The notes under the pieces: model-generated | The model's input: only the letters and a program-made list of their open reading frames with translations | What the model was told of the DNA's origin: nothing | The model's database searches: none | Part shown: one piece after another, positions 35,882 through 45,150 of the stretch | Layout: the number at the start of each line of letters is the position of its first letter | Numbering within the stretch: position 1 is the stretch's first letter | From: Actinomycetota bacterium | GTDB lineage: Bacteria; Actinomycetota; CADDZG01; WHSQ01 | NCBI GenBank assembly: GCA_035540935.1 | Contig: DATLFS010000118.1 | Span: 1 to 61,698, forward strand | Direction: 5' to 3' | DNA length: 61,698 nucleotides | Position numbers and translations under genes: made by a program

Positions 35882-36639
35882 GGGCTCCATGTTCGCATCT
35901 CCGTGCGCCCCGTCCCGGCCGCCTCGACGACCGCCTCCACCAGCCCCTTCAGCGTGTGCGGTCGCGCGACGGCCGCCACGGAGTAACCCTCGTCTTTCGC
36001 CGCCGCCGCGGTCGACGGCCCTATGCAAACGACCGCCGCACCGGCGGGAAGGCGGTCGGGAGGAGCGACACGGGCGAACGGCTCGACGGCCGATGGGCTC
36101 GTGAACGTCACCACGTCGAAGAGGCCGGGGTCGTCCACGTCGCGCGGAAGGTTGCGGTAGGCAGCGACCTCGTGCACCGCCCACCCCGCCCGCTCGAGCG
36201 CGTCGATCGCGGCGCGTGGGCCCGCTTCGACCCGCGGGAAGAGCACCCGTCCGCGCCCCGGCCCCAGCGCGTCCGCGAGGTCCACGGCGGTGAAGCGCTC
36301 CGGCAACACGTCGACGGCCACGCCGTGCGCCTGCAGCCGGGCCGCGGTCGCCTCCCCCACCGCGCCGGTCTTGATCCCGCCGAGGTCGATCCCGAGGTGC
36401 GCCGCACGCGCGACGACGGCATCGACGGCCGCGGTGCTGGCGAAGAGGACCCGAGCGAAGCCGGCGAGATCACGCAGCGCACGGTCGAGCGGATCCCACG
36501 ACTCCGGCGGCGCGACCTCGACCGTCCGTCGCGTTATCACCTCTGCGCCCAGCGCCTCGAGCGCGGCGGCGAGATCGTCGCCTTTGCTCTCGGGGCGCGT
36601 CACCACCACGCGACGACCCGCGAGCGGCCTCTCGTTCAC
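35878..36639 (-). CDS. hemD: Uroporphyrinogen-III synthase
   Basis: HEM4-like, 253 aa (LAGRRVVVTRPE...). Located between hemC and hemB. Confidence 0.75.
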   Translation of the reverse strand: MNERPLAGRRVVVTRPESKGDDLAAALEALGAEVITRRTVEVAPPESWDPLDRALRDLAGFARVLFASTAAVDAVVARAAHLGIDLGGIKTGAVGEATAARLQAHGVAVDVLPERFTAVDLADALGPGRGRVLFPRVEAGPRAAIDALERAGWAVHEVAAYRNLPRDVDDPGLFDVVTFTSPSAVEPFARVAPPDRLPAGAAVVCIGPSTAAAAKDEGYSVAAVARPHTLKGLVEAVVEAAGTGRTEMRTWSP

Positions 36640-37583
36640 GGCGCGTCGCCGGCGCGGACGTCCTCGAGGATCTCCTCACCGCCGCCGGCGAGGATCGCCT
36701 CCGCAAGGTCGCGGCCCATCTCGGCCGCCGCGCCGAGCGGCCCCGAGATGCGATCGCGGATCGAGTAGGTGCCGTCGGTCCGCCCGAGGAAGCCGGTGAC
36801 GAGCAAGCGGCCGTCCCCGGCCTCGGCGCGGCAACCGACCGGGATGGAGCAACCACCCTCTATCCGCCGGCCGAATGCACGTTCGCACTCGACCTCCGCG
36901 CGCGCCGCGGGATCGTCGAAGGAGCCGACCAGATCCGCCACATCGGCGCGGTCCCGGCGCGCCTCGATCGCGAGCGCGCCCTGCGCCGGGGCCGGCACCC
37001 ACCACGAAGGATCCAGAGTGGCCGGTCTCACCTCCTCAGTGAGGCCCAAGCGGGCGATGCCCGCGGCGGCGAGGATCGCGGCATCGACCTCGCCGTCGGC
37101 GACCTTGCGCAGGCGCGTATCGAGGTTTCCCCGTAGCTCGACGACGCGCAGATCGGGCCGCGCCTCCAACAGGAGGGAGCGGCGGCGGAGACTAGACGTG
37201 CCGACGCTCGCCCCCTCGGGAAGGCTCCCGAGCCTGTCTTCGCCCGTCTCGCCTCGCCCTCCCACTACGACGTCGCGTGCGTCGACGCGGACCGGGACCG
37301 CCGCGAGCGTGCAGTCGGGGTGAAGCGCGTCGGTCAGGTCCTTCGCCGAATGGACCGCGAGGTCGGCCGCGCCCTCAACGACCTCGCGCTCGACCTCGCC
37401 CATGAAGATGCCCTTGCCGCCGATCTCGTGGAAGGGCCGGCGGTCCCGGTCGCCGCGCGTCCGAACCGTCTTGATCTCGACCTGGATCGCCGGATGCGCC
37501 CGGGTGATCAGATCGGCGACCGTTCGGGCCTGTGCGAGAGCGAGCTTCGAACCGCGGCTCGCGAGGACGATGCGGTCGGGCAC
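36636..37583 (-). CDS. hemC: Hydroxymethylbilane synthase (porphobilinogen deaminase)
   Basis: IVLASRGSKLALAQA, GDRD, GGKGIFMGEVE, GCSIPVG motifs. GTG start 10 nt after the hemA stop. Confidence 0.9.
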   Translation of the reverse strand: MPDRIVLASRGSKLALAQARTVADLITRAHPAIQVEIKTVRTRGDRDRRPFHEIGGKGIFMGEVEREVVEGAADLAVHSAKDLTDALHPDCTLAAVPVRVDARDVVVGGRGETGEDRLGSLPEGASVGTSSLRRRSLLLEARPDLRVVELRGNLDTRLRKVADGEVDAAILAAAGIARLGLTEEVRPATLDPSWWVPAPAQGALAIEARRDRADVADLVGSFDDPAARAEVECERAFGRRIEGGCSIPVGCRAEAGDGRLLVTGFLGRTDGTYSIRDRISGPLGAAAEMGRDLAEAILAGGGEEILEDVRAGDAP

Positions 37584-37593
37584 GCGAGCGCGG

Positions 37594-38868
37594 CTACTCG
37601 TCGTCGAGCTCGAAGAGCTCACGAAGGACCGCGAGGTGCACGTGCGCGTCCTTCGAGCCTGCCAGGTCGCGCAGGTTCGCAAGCGGGGTGTGCAGGAGCT
37701 TGGCGACTACCCGGCGCGTCGCGTGGTCGATCGCATCCTGCTCTCGCTCCGATAGCCGGGCCGCGACGCGCTCCACTTCGGCGCGCCGTATCTCCTCCGC
37801 ACGCTCGACGAGTGCCGCCGCCACCGGCGCGCTCTCGGTCGAGCGCTCCCAGCGAAGGAAGTGCTCGAGCTCGATCGCGATGAGCTCCTCGACCTTCGTC
37901 ACCTCGGCAAGGCGCCCTCCGACGCCCGAATCGACGACGCCACGGAGGTCCTCGATGTCCCGCAGCAGGACGCCGTCGATGTCGGCCACCGCGGGCTCGA
38001 CATCCCGCGGCACCGCGATATCGACGATGAAGAGAGGAGTCTCTCGGACGCGGCGCGTCGCCGCGCGCTGCACGGCCTCGACGCCGATGATGGTCGCGGG
38101 AGCGGTCGTCGAGGAGATGACGATGTCGTTCGCGGTCAGCAGCTCCTCGAGGTCGTCGAACCCCGCGGCGTGCGCACCGAACTCCTCGGCCAGCAGCCGG
38201 GCGCGCTCCTCGCCGCGGTTGACGACCGTGACGCGCTCGACCCCCGCGCCTCGCAACGCCCGCGCCGCGAGGCGGCCCATCTTCCCCGCCCCGACCACGA
38301 CCACGCCGCGTCCCGCGAGGCTCCCGCCGAACGCGCGGCGTGTCAGCTCGACCGCGGCAGACGAGATGCTGACGGGGTTCCGTCCGATGCCGGTTTCGCT
38401 CCGCGCTCTCTTCCCGACGCGGAGAGCGCGCCGGAAGGCGGCGCCGATCGTGCGCCCCGCCATACCCTCAGCGACCGCCGCGTGATAGGCGCGCCGTACC
38501 TGGCCGATGATCTCGCTCTCGCCGACGACCAGCGAGTCGATACCGGACGCGACGCGGAAGAGGTGACCGACCGCGGCATCGTCGTGATACGTGTAGAGGT
38601 GGTCTACGAAATCTTCCGGCGCGACGTGGCAGAACTCGGCGAGGAAGTTGCGCAGGTCCTGAGCACCGCCGTGGAACTTCGTTACGGCCGCGTAGACCTC
38701 GATGCGGTTGCAGGTGGAGAGAAGCACCGCCTCGAGCACGTGCTCGTACGTCGCCAGTTGATGAAGGGCCTTGGGCAGACGCTCTTCGCCGATCGCCAAC
38801 CGCTCGAGCAGCGCCACGGGCGCGGTCTTGTGGTTGATGCCGGCGACGACGATCGACGACGGTGCCAC
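37594..38868 (-). CDS. hemA: Glutamyl-tRNA reductase
   Basis: VAGINHKTAPVALLERL, LSTCNRIEVY, NADPH site VVGAGKMG. GTG start 2 nt after the rex stop. Confidence 0.9.
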   Translation of the reverse strand: MAPSSIVVAGINHKTAPVALLERLAIGEERLPKALHQLATYEHVLEAVLLSTCNRIEVYAAVTKFHGGAQDLRNFLAEFCHVAPEDFVDHLYTYHDDAAVGHLFRVASGIDSLVVGESEIIGQVRRAYHAAVAEGMAGRTIGAAFRRALRVGKRARSETGIGRNPVSISSAAVELTRRAFGGSLAGRGVVVVGAGKMGRLAARALRGAGVERVTVVNRGEERARLLAEEFGAHAAGFDDLEELLTANDIVISSTTAPATIIGVEAVQRAATRRVRETPLFIVDIAVPRDVEPAVADIDGVLLRDIEDLRGVVDSGVGGRLAEVTKVEELIAIELEHFLRWERSTESAPVAAALVERAEEIRRAEVERVAARLSEREQDAIDHATRRVVAKLLHTPLANLRDLAGSKDAHVHLAVLRELFELDDE

Positions 38869-38870
38869 CC

Positions 38871-39548
38871 TCAGCGACCTCCGGAGAGACGGCGATTCGC
38901 CTCGCGCGCGGTGGCGATCGCCTGCATGCGCTGCATGTGGAACGACAGGATCTGCAGCTCGATCGAGAGGTCTACCTTGCGCACCTGGACATCGGGCGGC
39001 ACGTTCACGACCGCGGGGGCGAAGTTGAGGATCGACTTGACGCCGGCGTCGACGAGTCGCTCGGCCACTTCCTGTGCCGCGGCCGGAGGCGTCGTGATGA
39101 TGCCGATCGTGATGCCCTCGTCGATCACGCATTCCTTCAGGTCGTCGAGATGCCTCACGATGAGCCCGCCGACGGTGTCTCCGATGACCCCTTCGTCCAC
39201 GTCGAAAAGCGCCGCTATCCGGAAGCCGCGCTCGGAGAAGCCCTTATAGGAGGCGAGCGCGCGGCCGAGGTTCCCTGCGCCGATCAGGGCCGCCGGCCAG
39301 TCTTGCGTCAGCCCCAGCTCGCGGGTGATCTGGTAGAGGAGGTACTCGACGTCGTATCCGACGCCGCGCGTCCCGTACGACCCAAGGTAGGACAGGTCCT
39401 TGCGCACCTTTGCCGCGTTCACGCCGGCCATCCGCGCGAGGTCCTCGCTGGAGACGTTCGAATCCCCCTGCTCGGCGAGATCGAGCAACGCCCGCAGGTA
39501 GATGGGCAGCCGGGCGACGGTTGCTTCGGGGATCGGGCGGTGTGGCAT
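38871..39548 (-). CDS. rex: Redox-sensing transcriptional repressor Rex
   Basis: IPEATVARLPIYLRAL, SYLGSYGTRGVGYDVEYL, GAGNLGRAL Rossmann motif. Nearly colinear with Streptomyces Rex as I recall it. An alternative ATG is at 39557. Confidence 0.9.
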   Translation of the reverse strand: MPHRPIPEATVARLPIYLRALLDLAEQGDSNVSSEDLARMAGVNAAKVRKDLSYLGSYGTRGVGYDVEYLLYQITRELGLTQDWPAALIGAGNLGRALASYKGFSERGFRIAALFDVDEGVIGDTVGGLIVRHLDDLKECVIDEGITIGIITTPPAAAQEVAERLVDAGVKSILNFAPAVVNVPPDVQVRKVDLSIELQILSFHMQRMQAIATAREANRRLSGGR

Positions 39549-39568
39549 CCGGTTCATCCTAACCTCGC

Positions 39569-39586
39569 TTGTGAATCGCGTCACAA
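39569..39586. promoter_or_regulatory. Rex operator (ROP box)
   Basis: Perfect inverted repeat TTGTGA-ATCGCG-TCACAA just upstream of the rex start. Matches the TTGTGAnnnnnnTCACAA consensus. Confidence 0.7.
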
Positions 39587-39669
39587 ACGTCGCGCCGCCT
39601 CTGACCTGCGCTTTTAGCGCGCTGTGCCGGGCCCCAACAAACGCCTTGAGAATTTGTGCCCACCCTCCG

Positions 39670-40413
39670 TCAGATGTCGCTCCAGAAGTCGACGCCGAGG
39701 CGCGCCATCGCCTCGTTCATCCAGATCGAGACGTTGAACATCTGCCCGGTCACGAACAGCACTCCGACGATGACGAGGAGGGCGCCGCTGGCGAGGTTGA
39801 CCACCCGAGTGTGCCGGCGAAGCCAGCCGACGGCGGCCGTGAACCGGGAGACGCCTAAACCGGCGATCACGAAAGGCAACCCCAATCCCAACGAATAGAC
39901 GGCCAGCAGGAGCGCCCCCTCACCGACACCGCCGGTCGCGCCGCCGCGTCCCGCGGCCATCGCGAGGACGGCGCCCATCGTCGCCCCGATGCACGGGGTC
40001 CAGCCAAAGGCGAACGCTCCGCCCAGGAGGACGCTCCCCCACACCCCGGCCTCGGGCGTCGGATGGAAGCGCGCCTCCCGATAGAAGAAGGGCACCTTCA
40101 GCACGCCCATGAACACAAGTCCGAGGACGATGATCACGACACCGGCGGCGCGCGCCAGCAGGTCGTGGTTCTGGCGCAGGAACGCGCCCAGCAGCGTGGC
40201 CGTCGCGCCCAGCGGGACGAAGACGAGCGTGAACCCGGCGACGAACGCCAAGGCGGCGAGACCGGTTCGAAGAGACCGGCGCAGCCCGACGGACTCGGCG
40301 GCGCCCAGGCCGGACATGTAGGAGAGGTAGCCCGGCACGAGGGGGAGGACGCAGGGGGAGAGGAACGAGGCGAGCCCGGCCAGGAACGCGATCGGAACGG
40401 TCGGGTCAGCCAC
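39670..40413 (-). CDS. ccdA: Cytochrome c biogenesis thiol-reductant transporter CcdA (DsbD transmembrane family)
   Basis: FLSPCVLPLVPGYLSYMSG and the second conserved Cys (WTPCIG). 6 TM helices. Confidence 0.85.
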   Translation of the reverse strand: MADPTVPIAFLAGLASFLSPCVLPLVPGYLSYMSGLGAAESVGLRRSLRTGLAALAFVAGFTLVFVPLGATATLLGAFLRQNHDLLARAAGVVIIVLGLVFMGVLKVPFFYREARFHPTPEAGVWGSVLLGGAFAFGWTPCIGATMGAVLAMAAGRGGATGGVGEGALLLAVYSLGLGLPFVIAGLGVSRFTAAVGWLRRHTRVVNLASGALLVIVGVLFVTGQMFNVSIWMNEAMARLGVDFWSDI

Positions 40414-40942
40414 GGGCGAGCGCGTCGTCGATCAATTCGAACAACCTCTCCGTGCTCGGGATGGCCCCCGCCACGTGGTGGACGATGCGGCCGTCGGCGT
40501 CGATCACGAAGGTCTCCGGCTGCCCGGTCAGCCCGTACGCCCGGTAGACCTCGAGGCTTTCGTCCCGCACGTTCGGATAGCCGAGGTCGTGGCGCTCAAC
40601 GAAGGCACGAGCGTCGGAGATCGAGTCGCGGATGTCGACGCCCAGGAAAGCGACCCTGCCCGCGTAGCGGTCGGCCGCGGCGCGCAGCATGGGCGCCTCG
40701 TCCTCGCACGGGCCGCACCAAGAAGCCCAGAAGTTCAGCACGACCGGCTTGCCCCGCAGCTCGGAGAGTGACAGCGCTCCCTCCCCCTCGAGGCGGGTGG
40801 CCGTGAAGGCCGGCGCCGGATCACCGGGGCCCGGCGGTCCGGTCGCCCGCGCCAGCCCGAAGGCGAGCAGCCCGACGAAGGCCACCGCCGGCAGCAGGAA
40901 CAGAGCGATGCGCCCGGGGCGCGAAGACGCCGTCACCGGCAC
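40406..40942 (-). CDS. ResA/TlpA-like membrane-anchored thioredoxin
   Basis: TM anchor and [13 protein letters not shown]. 8-nt overlap with ccdA. GTG start chosen at VPVTASS. Confidence 0.8.
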   Translation of the reverse strand: MPVTASSRPGRIALFLLPAVAFVGLLAFGLARATGPPGPGDPAPAFTATRLEGEGALSLSELRGKPVVLNFWASWCGPCEDEAPMLRAAADRYAGRVAFLGVDIRDSISDARAFVERHDLGYPNVRDESLEVYRAYGLTGQPETFVIDADGRIVHHVAGAIPSTERLFELIDDALARG

Positions 40943-41004
40943 ATCTTCGCGCCCCCGCTCGGGGGCTTGACGTGCAGCATGCGAAGGTTGTAGAACGTAA
41001 TCAC

Positions 41005-41595
41005 ATGCAACCGCAAACAAACGGCACGATTCGAGCCGAGAAGACCCGACTCGTCAGGAAGCTGGAGCGGGGATCGTTCCTCCACCTCGCCGGCGACGCC
41101 GCCGGGAACTCCGTCCACCTCCTCGAGTCGGGGCTGCTCAAGCTCGTGGCCCGGGCCGAGGACGGGCGCGAGTCGATCGTCGACCTCGTGCTGCCGGGAG
41201 AGGTCGCCGACGACATCGCCGCGATCGACGGCCTCCCGCATGCGTTCGATGCGATCGCCGTGGTCGACTCCACCGTCGTCGTCCTCGATCCTGCCGTCTC
41301 CTCCGAGCTCGTCGCCGCCTCGTTGGCCGCACGGGTGCGGCGCCTCGGCTCCGCGGTCCACGAACGATCGGGCTCCGCGCGCGAGGCGCTGGCGGGGCGA
41401 CTCGCGGAACTCGCCCGCGCGGGAGCGCGCTCGGTGCCACTGGCCCAGGCGGATCTCGGTCGGCTCGCCGGCACGAGCCGCGAGACCGTCTGTCGCGAGC
41501 TGGCGCGGCTACGTCGTACGGGGGCCGTGTCCTATCGCTCGAGGTCGGTGCGCATACTGCGGCCGGAGCTGCTCGACCGCCTCCGGTGCGGCTAG
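41005..41595 (+). CDS. Crp/Fnr family transcriptional regulator
   Basis: cNMP-binding-like N-terminal beta-roll and C-terminal HTH (SRETVCRELARLRRTGAV). Confidence 0.7.
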   Translation: MQPQTNGTIRAEKTRLVRKLERGSFLHLAGDAAGNSVHLLESGLLKLVARAEDGRESIVDLVLPGEVADDIAAIDGLPHAFDAIAVVDSTVVVLDPAVSSELVAASLAARVRRLGSAVHERSGSAREALAGRLAELARAGARSVPLAQADLGRLAGTSRETVCRELARLRRTGAVSYRSRSVRILRPELLDRLRCG

Positions 41596-43076
41596 GCGTC
41601 GCGCAGGGCGCGCCGCAAGACCTTCCCGGTCAACAGATGCGGTAGGTCGTCGACGATCTCGATCGATTCCGGACACTTGAAGCGCGCAAGACGCGTGCGC
41701 ACGTCCGCCAGGAGCCCTTCCTCGGAGGCATCGGCCCCATCGGCCAGGGTTACGTACGCCCTGACGGCCTCACCCGTGTACGGGTGCGGGACGCCCACGA
41801 CCGCCGCCTCCGCGACCGCGGGGTGCGCCACCAGCGCGTCCTCCACCTCTGACGGGTAGACGTTGAAGCCCGACACGATGATCAGATCCCGCTTGCGATC
41901 GACGAGGAAGAGGTACCCCTCCTCGTCGATGACCCCGATGTCCCCGGTGTGGAACCAGCCGTCGGTGAAGGCCCGCTCGGTCTCGTCCGGCCGCTTCCAG
42001 TAGCCGGCGAAGACATTCGGGCCGCGCACGACCACCTCGCCCGGATCGCCCACCTCGACATCCTCCATGTCGTCGCCGACGACCCGCAGCTCGACCCCCG
42101 GCAACGGCTTGCCGACCGAGCCCGGCCGCGGTCGCGGTCCCATCCGGTTCGAGGTCAGAGCCGGCGCCGTCTCGGTCAGGCCGTAGCCCTCATACAGGTC
42201 TACACCGGTGATCTCGGCGAAGGACCGCACCACGTCGGGGGGAAGAGGAGCGGCGCCGGAGACGGCGAGGCGCACGCGCGACAGGTCGTACTGCTCGACG
42301 CCCGGGGTGCGGACCCACGACACGTACATCGGCGGCGCGCCGAACAGCACCGTCACCCCTTCTTCCTGCACCGCGCGCAGCGCCGGTACGGGATCGAAGC
42401 GCTCGAGGAGCACGCCCGTGGCACCGTTCATGACGGTGAGACCGAGCATCACGTTCAGCCCGAAGATGTGGAACAACGGAAGCGCCATCAAGACGACGTC
42501 GTCCTCACGCACGCGGTCTTCCGGCACGTCCATCTGCTGCCGCAGGTTGGCGAGCAGGTTGCCGTGGGTCAGCATCACGCCCTTCGGCGCGCCGGTCGTC
42601 CCCGACGTATAGGCGAGGACCGCGAGGTCTCCCTCCTCCCGCTCGACCGGCGCCTCCGCGTCGGCCCCGATGTTCGCCCAGCCTGCATCGTCGACCACCA
42701 CCGGTCCGCCGACACCCACTCCCGCCGCGGCGGCGGCCGCCACGCGGCCGGGTCCGCCCGCTCCCACCACGGCCGCGACTCCCGCGTCTTCGAGGATCGC
42801 GCCGGCCTCGAACTCGGTGAGCATGGCGTTGAGGGGGACGGCGGCCGCGCCCGCCCCCAGGATCCCGAAGTAGGCGGATGCGAAGCGGGGCACGTTCGGC
42901 ATGGCGAGCGCGACCCGGTCGCCCGCGGCCACTCCGGAGCGGCGGAGGAAGCTGGCGACGCGCGCAGCCTCCTCCGCGAGCTGCCGGTAGGTGTAGCGCT
43001 CTCCGCCGGGAACCCGCAGCGCGTCCTTCTCCGGGGTGCGGCGGGCGGCGTCGGCCAGAAGCTGCGCGAGGTTCAC
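41592..43076 (-). CDS. AMP-dependent acyl-CoA synthetase/ligase (FadD-like)
   Basis: AMP-binding motif LAYTSGTTGAPKGVMLTH, YGLTE, GWFHTGD, and the final K in LTGKVLRR. Confidence 0.85.
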   Translation of the reverse strand: MNLAQLLADAARRTPEKDALRVPGGERYTYRQLAEEAARVASFLRRSGVAAGDRVALAMPNVPRFASAYFGILGAGAAAVPLNAMLTEFEAGAILEDAGVAAVVGAGGPGRVAAAAAAGVGVGGPVVVDDAGWANIGADAEAPVEREEGDLAVLAYTSGTTGAPKGVMLTHGNLLANLRQQMDVPEDRVREDDVVLMALPLFHIFGLNVMLGLTVMNGATGVLLERFDPVPALRAVQEEGVTVLFGAPPMYVSWVRTPGVEQYDLSRVRLAVSGAAPLPPDVVRSFAEITGVDLYEGYGLTETAPALTSNRMGPRPRPGSVGKPLPGVELRVVGDDMEDVEVGDPGEVVVRGPNVFAGYWKRPDETERAFTDGWFHTGDIGVIDEEGYLFLVDRKRDLIIVSGFNVYPSEVEDALVAHPAVAEAAVVGVPHPYTGEAVRAYVTLADGADASEEGLLADVRTRLARFKCPESIEIVDDLPHLLTGKVLRRALRDA

Positions 43077-43178
43077 GTCTGGATTGTGCCCCAGGGGGAG
43101 GGGTTATTCAACAGTTGCAAGCACTCGCTCGCGATCGCAAACGTCGGACCCGCGACGCGGCCGTGGCAGCATGGGCCG

Positions 43179-44027
43179 ATGCCCCGTCGCCAGGTTCAGT
43201 GCTCCACCGGTCCCTTCTGGACCATGTCCTTGGCGCGGGCTCTCGACCTCGTGGCCGAGGCCGGGTTCGTGGAGGTCGAGCTGATGGTCACCCGCGATCC
43301 GGCGACCCAGGAGCCGGACCTCCCGCGGAGGCTGGCCGACGACAGGGGGCTCCGCATCGCCTCCGTCCACGGGCCCTTCCTCGTCATCACCAAGAGCGTC
43401 TGGGGGATGGATCCGCTCGGCAAGATCCGGCGCGGCGTCGAGTTCTGCCGCGCCGTAGGCGCGTCGTCGCTGATCGTCCACCCGCCCTACCTGTGGGAGG
43501 GCGAGTACGCGCGCTGGGTCCGGGAGGAGTGCGATGCGTTCTGCGCCGAACACGGCGTCGAGGTGGTCGTCGAGACGATGTACCCGAAGTGGGTCGCCGG
43601 GCGTCGCATGCGCGCCTACCGTTGGCTCGAGCCGGCCGCCCTCGTAGACGCCGCTCCGTATGTCGCCATCGACACCAGCCATCTCACCGTCAGCCGCGTC
43701 GACATCCTCGACGCACTCGACACACTCCTGCCGAAGCTGTCGCACATCCATCTGTCCAACAACAACGGCGATGGGCGCGACGGACATCTGGAGGTAGACC
43801 GCGGCATCCTTCCGCTCGACCGCTTCCTCGACTCCCTGCGCCGGGCGCGCTACCGGGGAGCCGTCTCGCTCGAGCTCTCGGTTCGCCGGTACCTCGACCG
43901 CCACGACGACCTCGTCGCGATGCTCCGGCGCAACCGGGAGTTCGTCGAACGACACCTCAGCGCGCCGCGGCGCGCCGCGAAGGGCTTGCCGCGGCGCGGT
44001 CGCGGCGACGTATCCTCCAAGACATGA
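43179..44027 (+). CDS. Sugar phosphate isomerase/epimerase (xylose isomerase-like TIM barrel)
   Basis: AP_endonuc_2-like pattern (GFVEVEL..., IVHPP..., HLSNN..., SLEL). The upstream part of ORF 41949..44027 is antisense to fadD. Confidence 0.7.
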   Translation: MPRRQVQCSTGPFWTMSLARALDLVAEAGFVEVELMVTRDPATQEPDLPRRLADDRGLRIASVHGPFLVITKSVWGMDPLGKIRRGVEFCRAVGASSLIVHPPYLWEGEYARWVREECDAFCAEHGVEVVVETMYPKWVAGRRMRAYRWLEPAALVDAAPYVAIDTSHLTVSRVDILDALDTLLPKLSHIHLSNNNGDGRDGHLEVDRGILPLDRFLDSLRRARYRGAVSLELSVRRYLDRHDDLVAMLRRNREFVERHLSAPRRAAKGLPRRGRGDVSSKT

Positions 44028-44122
44028 GGCGCAACACGCTCTACGCGATCATCTTGTTGCTGACGGCGATCGCTATCGCCGGGACACTCGGCGTGCTGCG
44101 CATCTACGGCGCCGGCGGTTAG
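44024..44122 (+). CDS. Possible 32-aa hydrophobic micro-protein
   Basis: ATGA overlap with the preceding stop. MRRNTLYAIILLLTAIAIAGTLGVLRIYGAGG is a single TM helix. Confidence 0.3.
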   Translation: MRRNTLYAIILLLTAIAIAGTLGVLRIYGAGG

Positions 44123-45150
44123 AAGAACGCTCCTCCGCGTTCCTCCAGGTTGCGCACCAGCATCTGCTGGATCCGATCGCGGACCGTGTCACTGAGATCG
44201 AACACCAGCATCGCGTCCTCGTGCGCGTCGTCGGCGTAGCCGTCCATCTCCATCGGCTCACCGAACTCGATGATCCACTTCGACGGCAACGGCAGGAGGC
44301 CGAGCGGCCCGAGGAGCGGCCACGTGGGCGTTACGGGGAAGTACGGCAGACCGAGGGCGCGCGCCAGTGGCCTCACGTCGGCGATCATCGGATACGCCTC
44401 CTCGGCGCCCACGATCGACACCGGGACGATCGGAGTGCGCGTCCGGAGAGCCACCTCGATGAACCCGCCGCGGCCGAAACGCTGCAGCCGGTACCTCTCG
44501 CGCCAGCCCTTTCCCACGCCCTTGAACCCTTCGGGGAAGACCGCAACCACCTCACCGCGTCGGAGGAGCTCGACCGTGTCCTCCTCGCAGGCGACCGCGG
44601 CCCCGCTCTTGCGGGCCAACGAGCCGATGAGCGGGAACTCCCACACGAGGTTCGCCCCCACGTTGCGCATGACGCGGCGCGCCGGGTGATAGGTGGCGAG
44701 GGCGTACTGGAGCATCACGGCATCGAGCGGGATAGTCCCGGAATGGTTCGCGACGAGCATCACCGGGCCGTCCGACGGAACGCGGTCGACCCCGACGTGC
44801 CGGATGCGGAAGTACCGCTCGTAGAGGATCCCCATCAGCGGGAGCAGGACGCTGGAGAAGAGCTCCGGATCGAACCCGAAGTCGTCGACCGCGTACTCGC
44901 CTCTCGACCGGCGACGGGCGAAGGACTGAACGTCGGCCGGAGGCGATGCCGCCGCCGGCGCGTCGGGACGCACAGCCTCGACGGGCGCATCCGCGCCTCC
45001 GTGAACGCGGCAGAAGTCCGAGCCTCCGACCGCGTAGTTGCGACAGGGTCGGCCTGAGGACGTGACCGCGCGACATCGGATCCGTACGTGAGCGCGGCCG
45101 ATGCTGCGCGCGTGCGGGTTCATAGGGATGATCTCCGCGTCTGCCATCAC
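44119..45150 (-). CDS. Lysophospholipid (1-acyl-sn-glycerol-3-phosphate) acyltransferase family with an N-terminal Cys/His module
   Basis: HxxxxD box VANHSGTIPLD and FPEG motif. N-terminal RCRAVTSSGRPCRNYAVGGSDFCRVHG. Confidence 0.8.
   Translation of the reverse strand: MMADAEIIPMNPHARSIGRAHVRIRCRAVTSSGRPCRNYAVGGSDFCRVHGGADAPVEAVRPDAPAAASPPADVQSFARRRSRGEYAVDDFGFDPELFSSVLLPLMGILYERYFRIRHVGVDRVPSDGPVMLVANHSGTIPLDAVMLQYALATYHPARRVMRNVGANLVWEFPLIGSLARKSGAAVACEEDTVELLRRGEVVAVFPEGFKGVGKGWRERYRLQRFGRGGFIEVALRTRTPIVPVSIVGAEEAYPMIADVRPLARALGLPYFPVTPTWPLLGPLGLLPLPSKWIIEFGEPMEMDGYADDAHEDAMLVFDLSDTVRDRIQQMLVRNLEERGGAFF

Noticed and set aside
39590-39669. A second imperfect inverted repeat (CACAAAT...TTTGTTG on the minus strand) upstream of the Rex box, as an additional operator.
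   Set aside because: The half-sites deviate from TTGTGA/TCACAA and the spacing is wrong for Rex. It may instead overlap the rex promoter or the ccdA 3' end.
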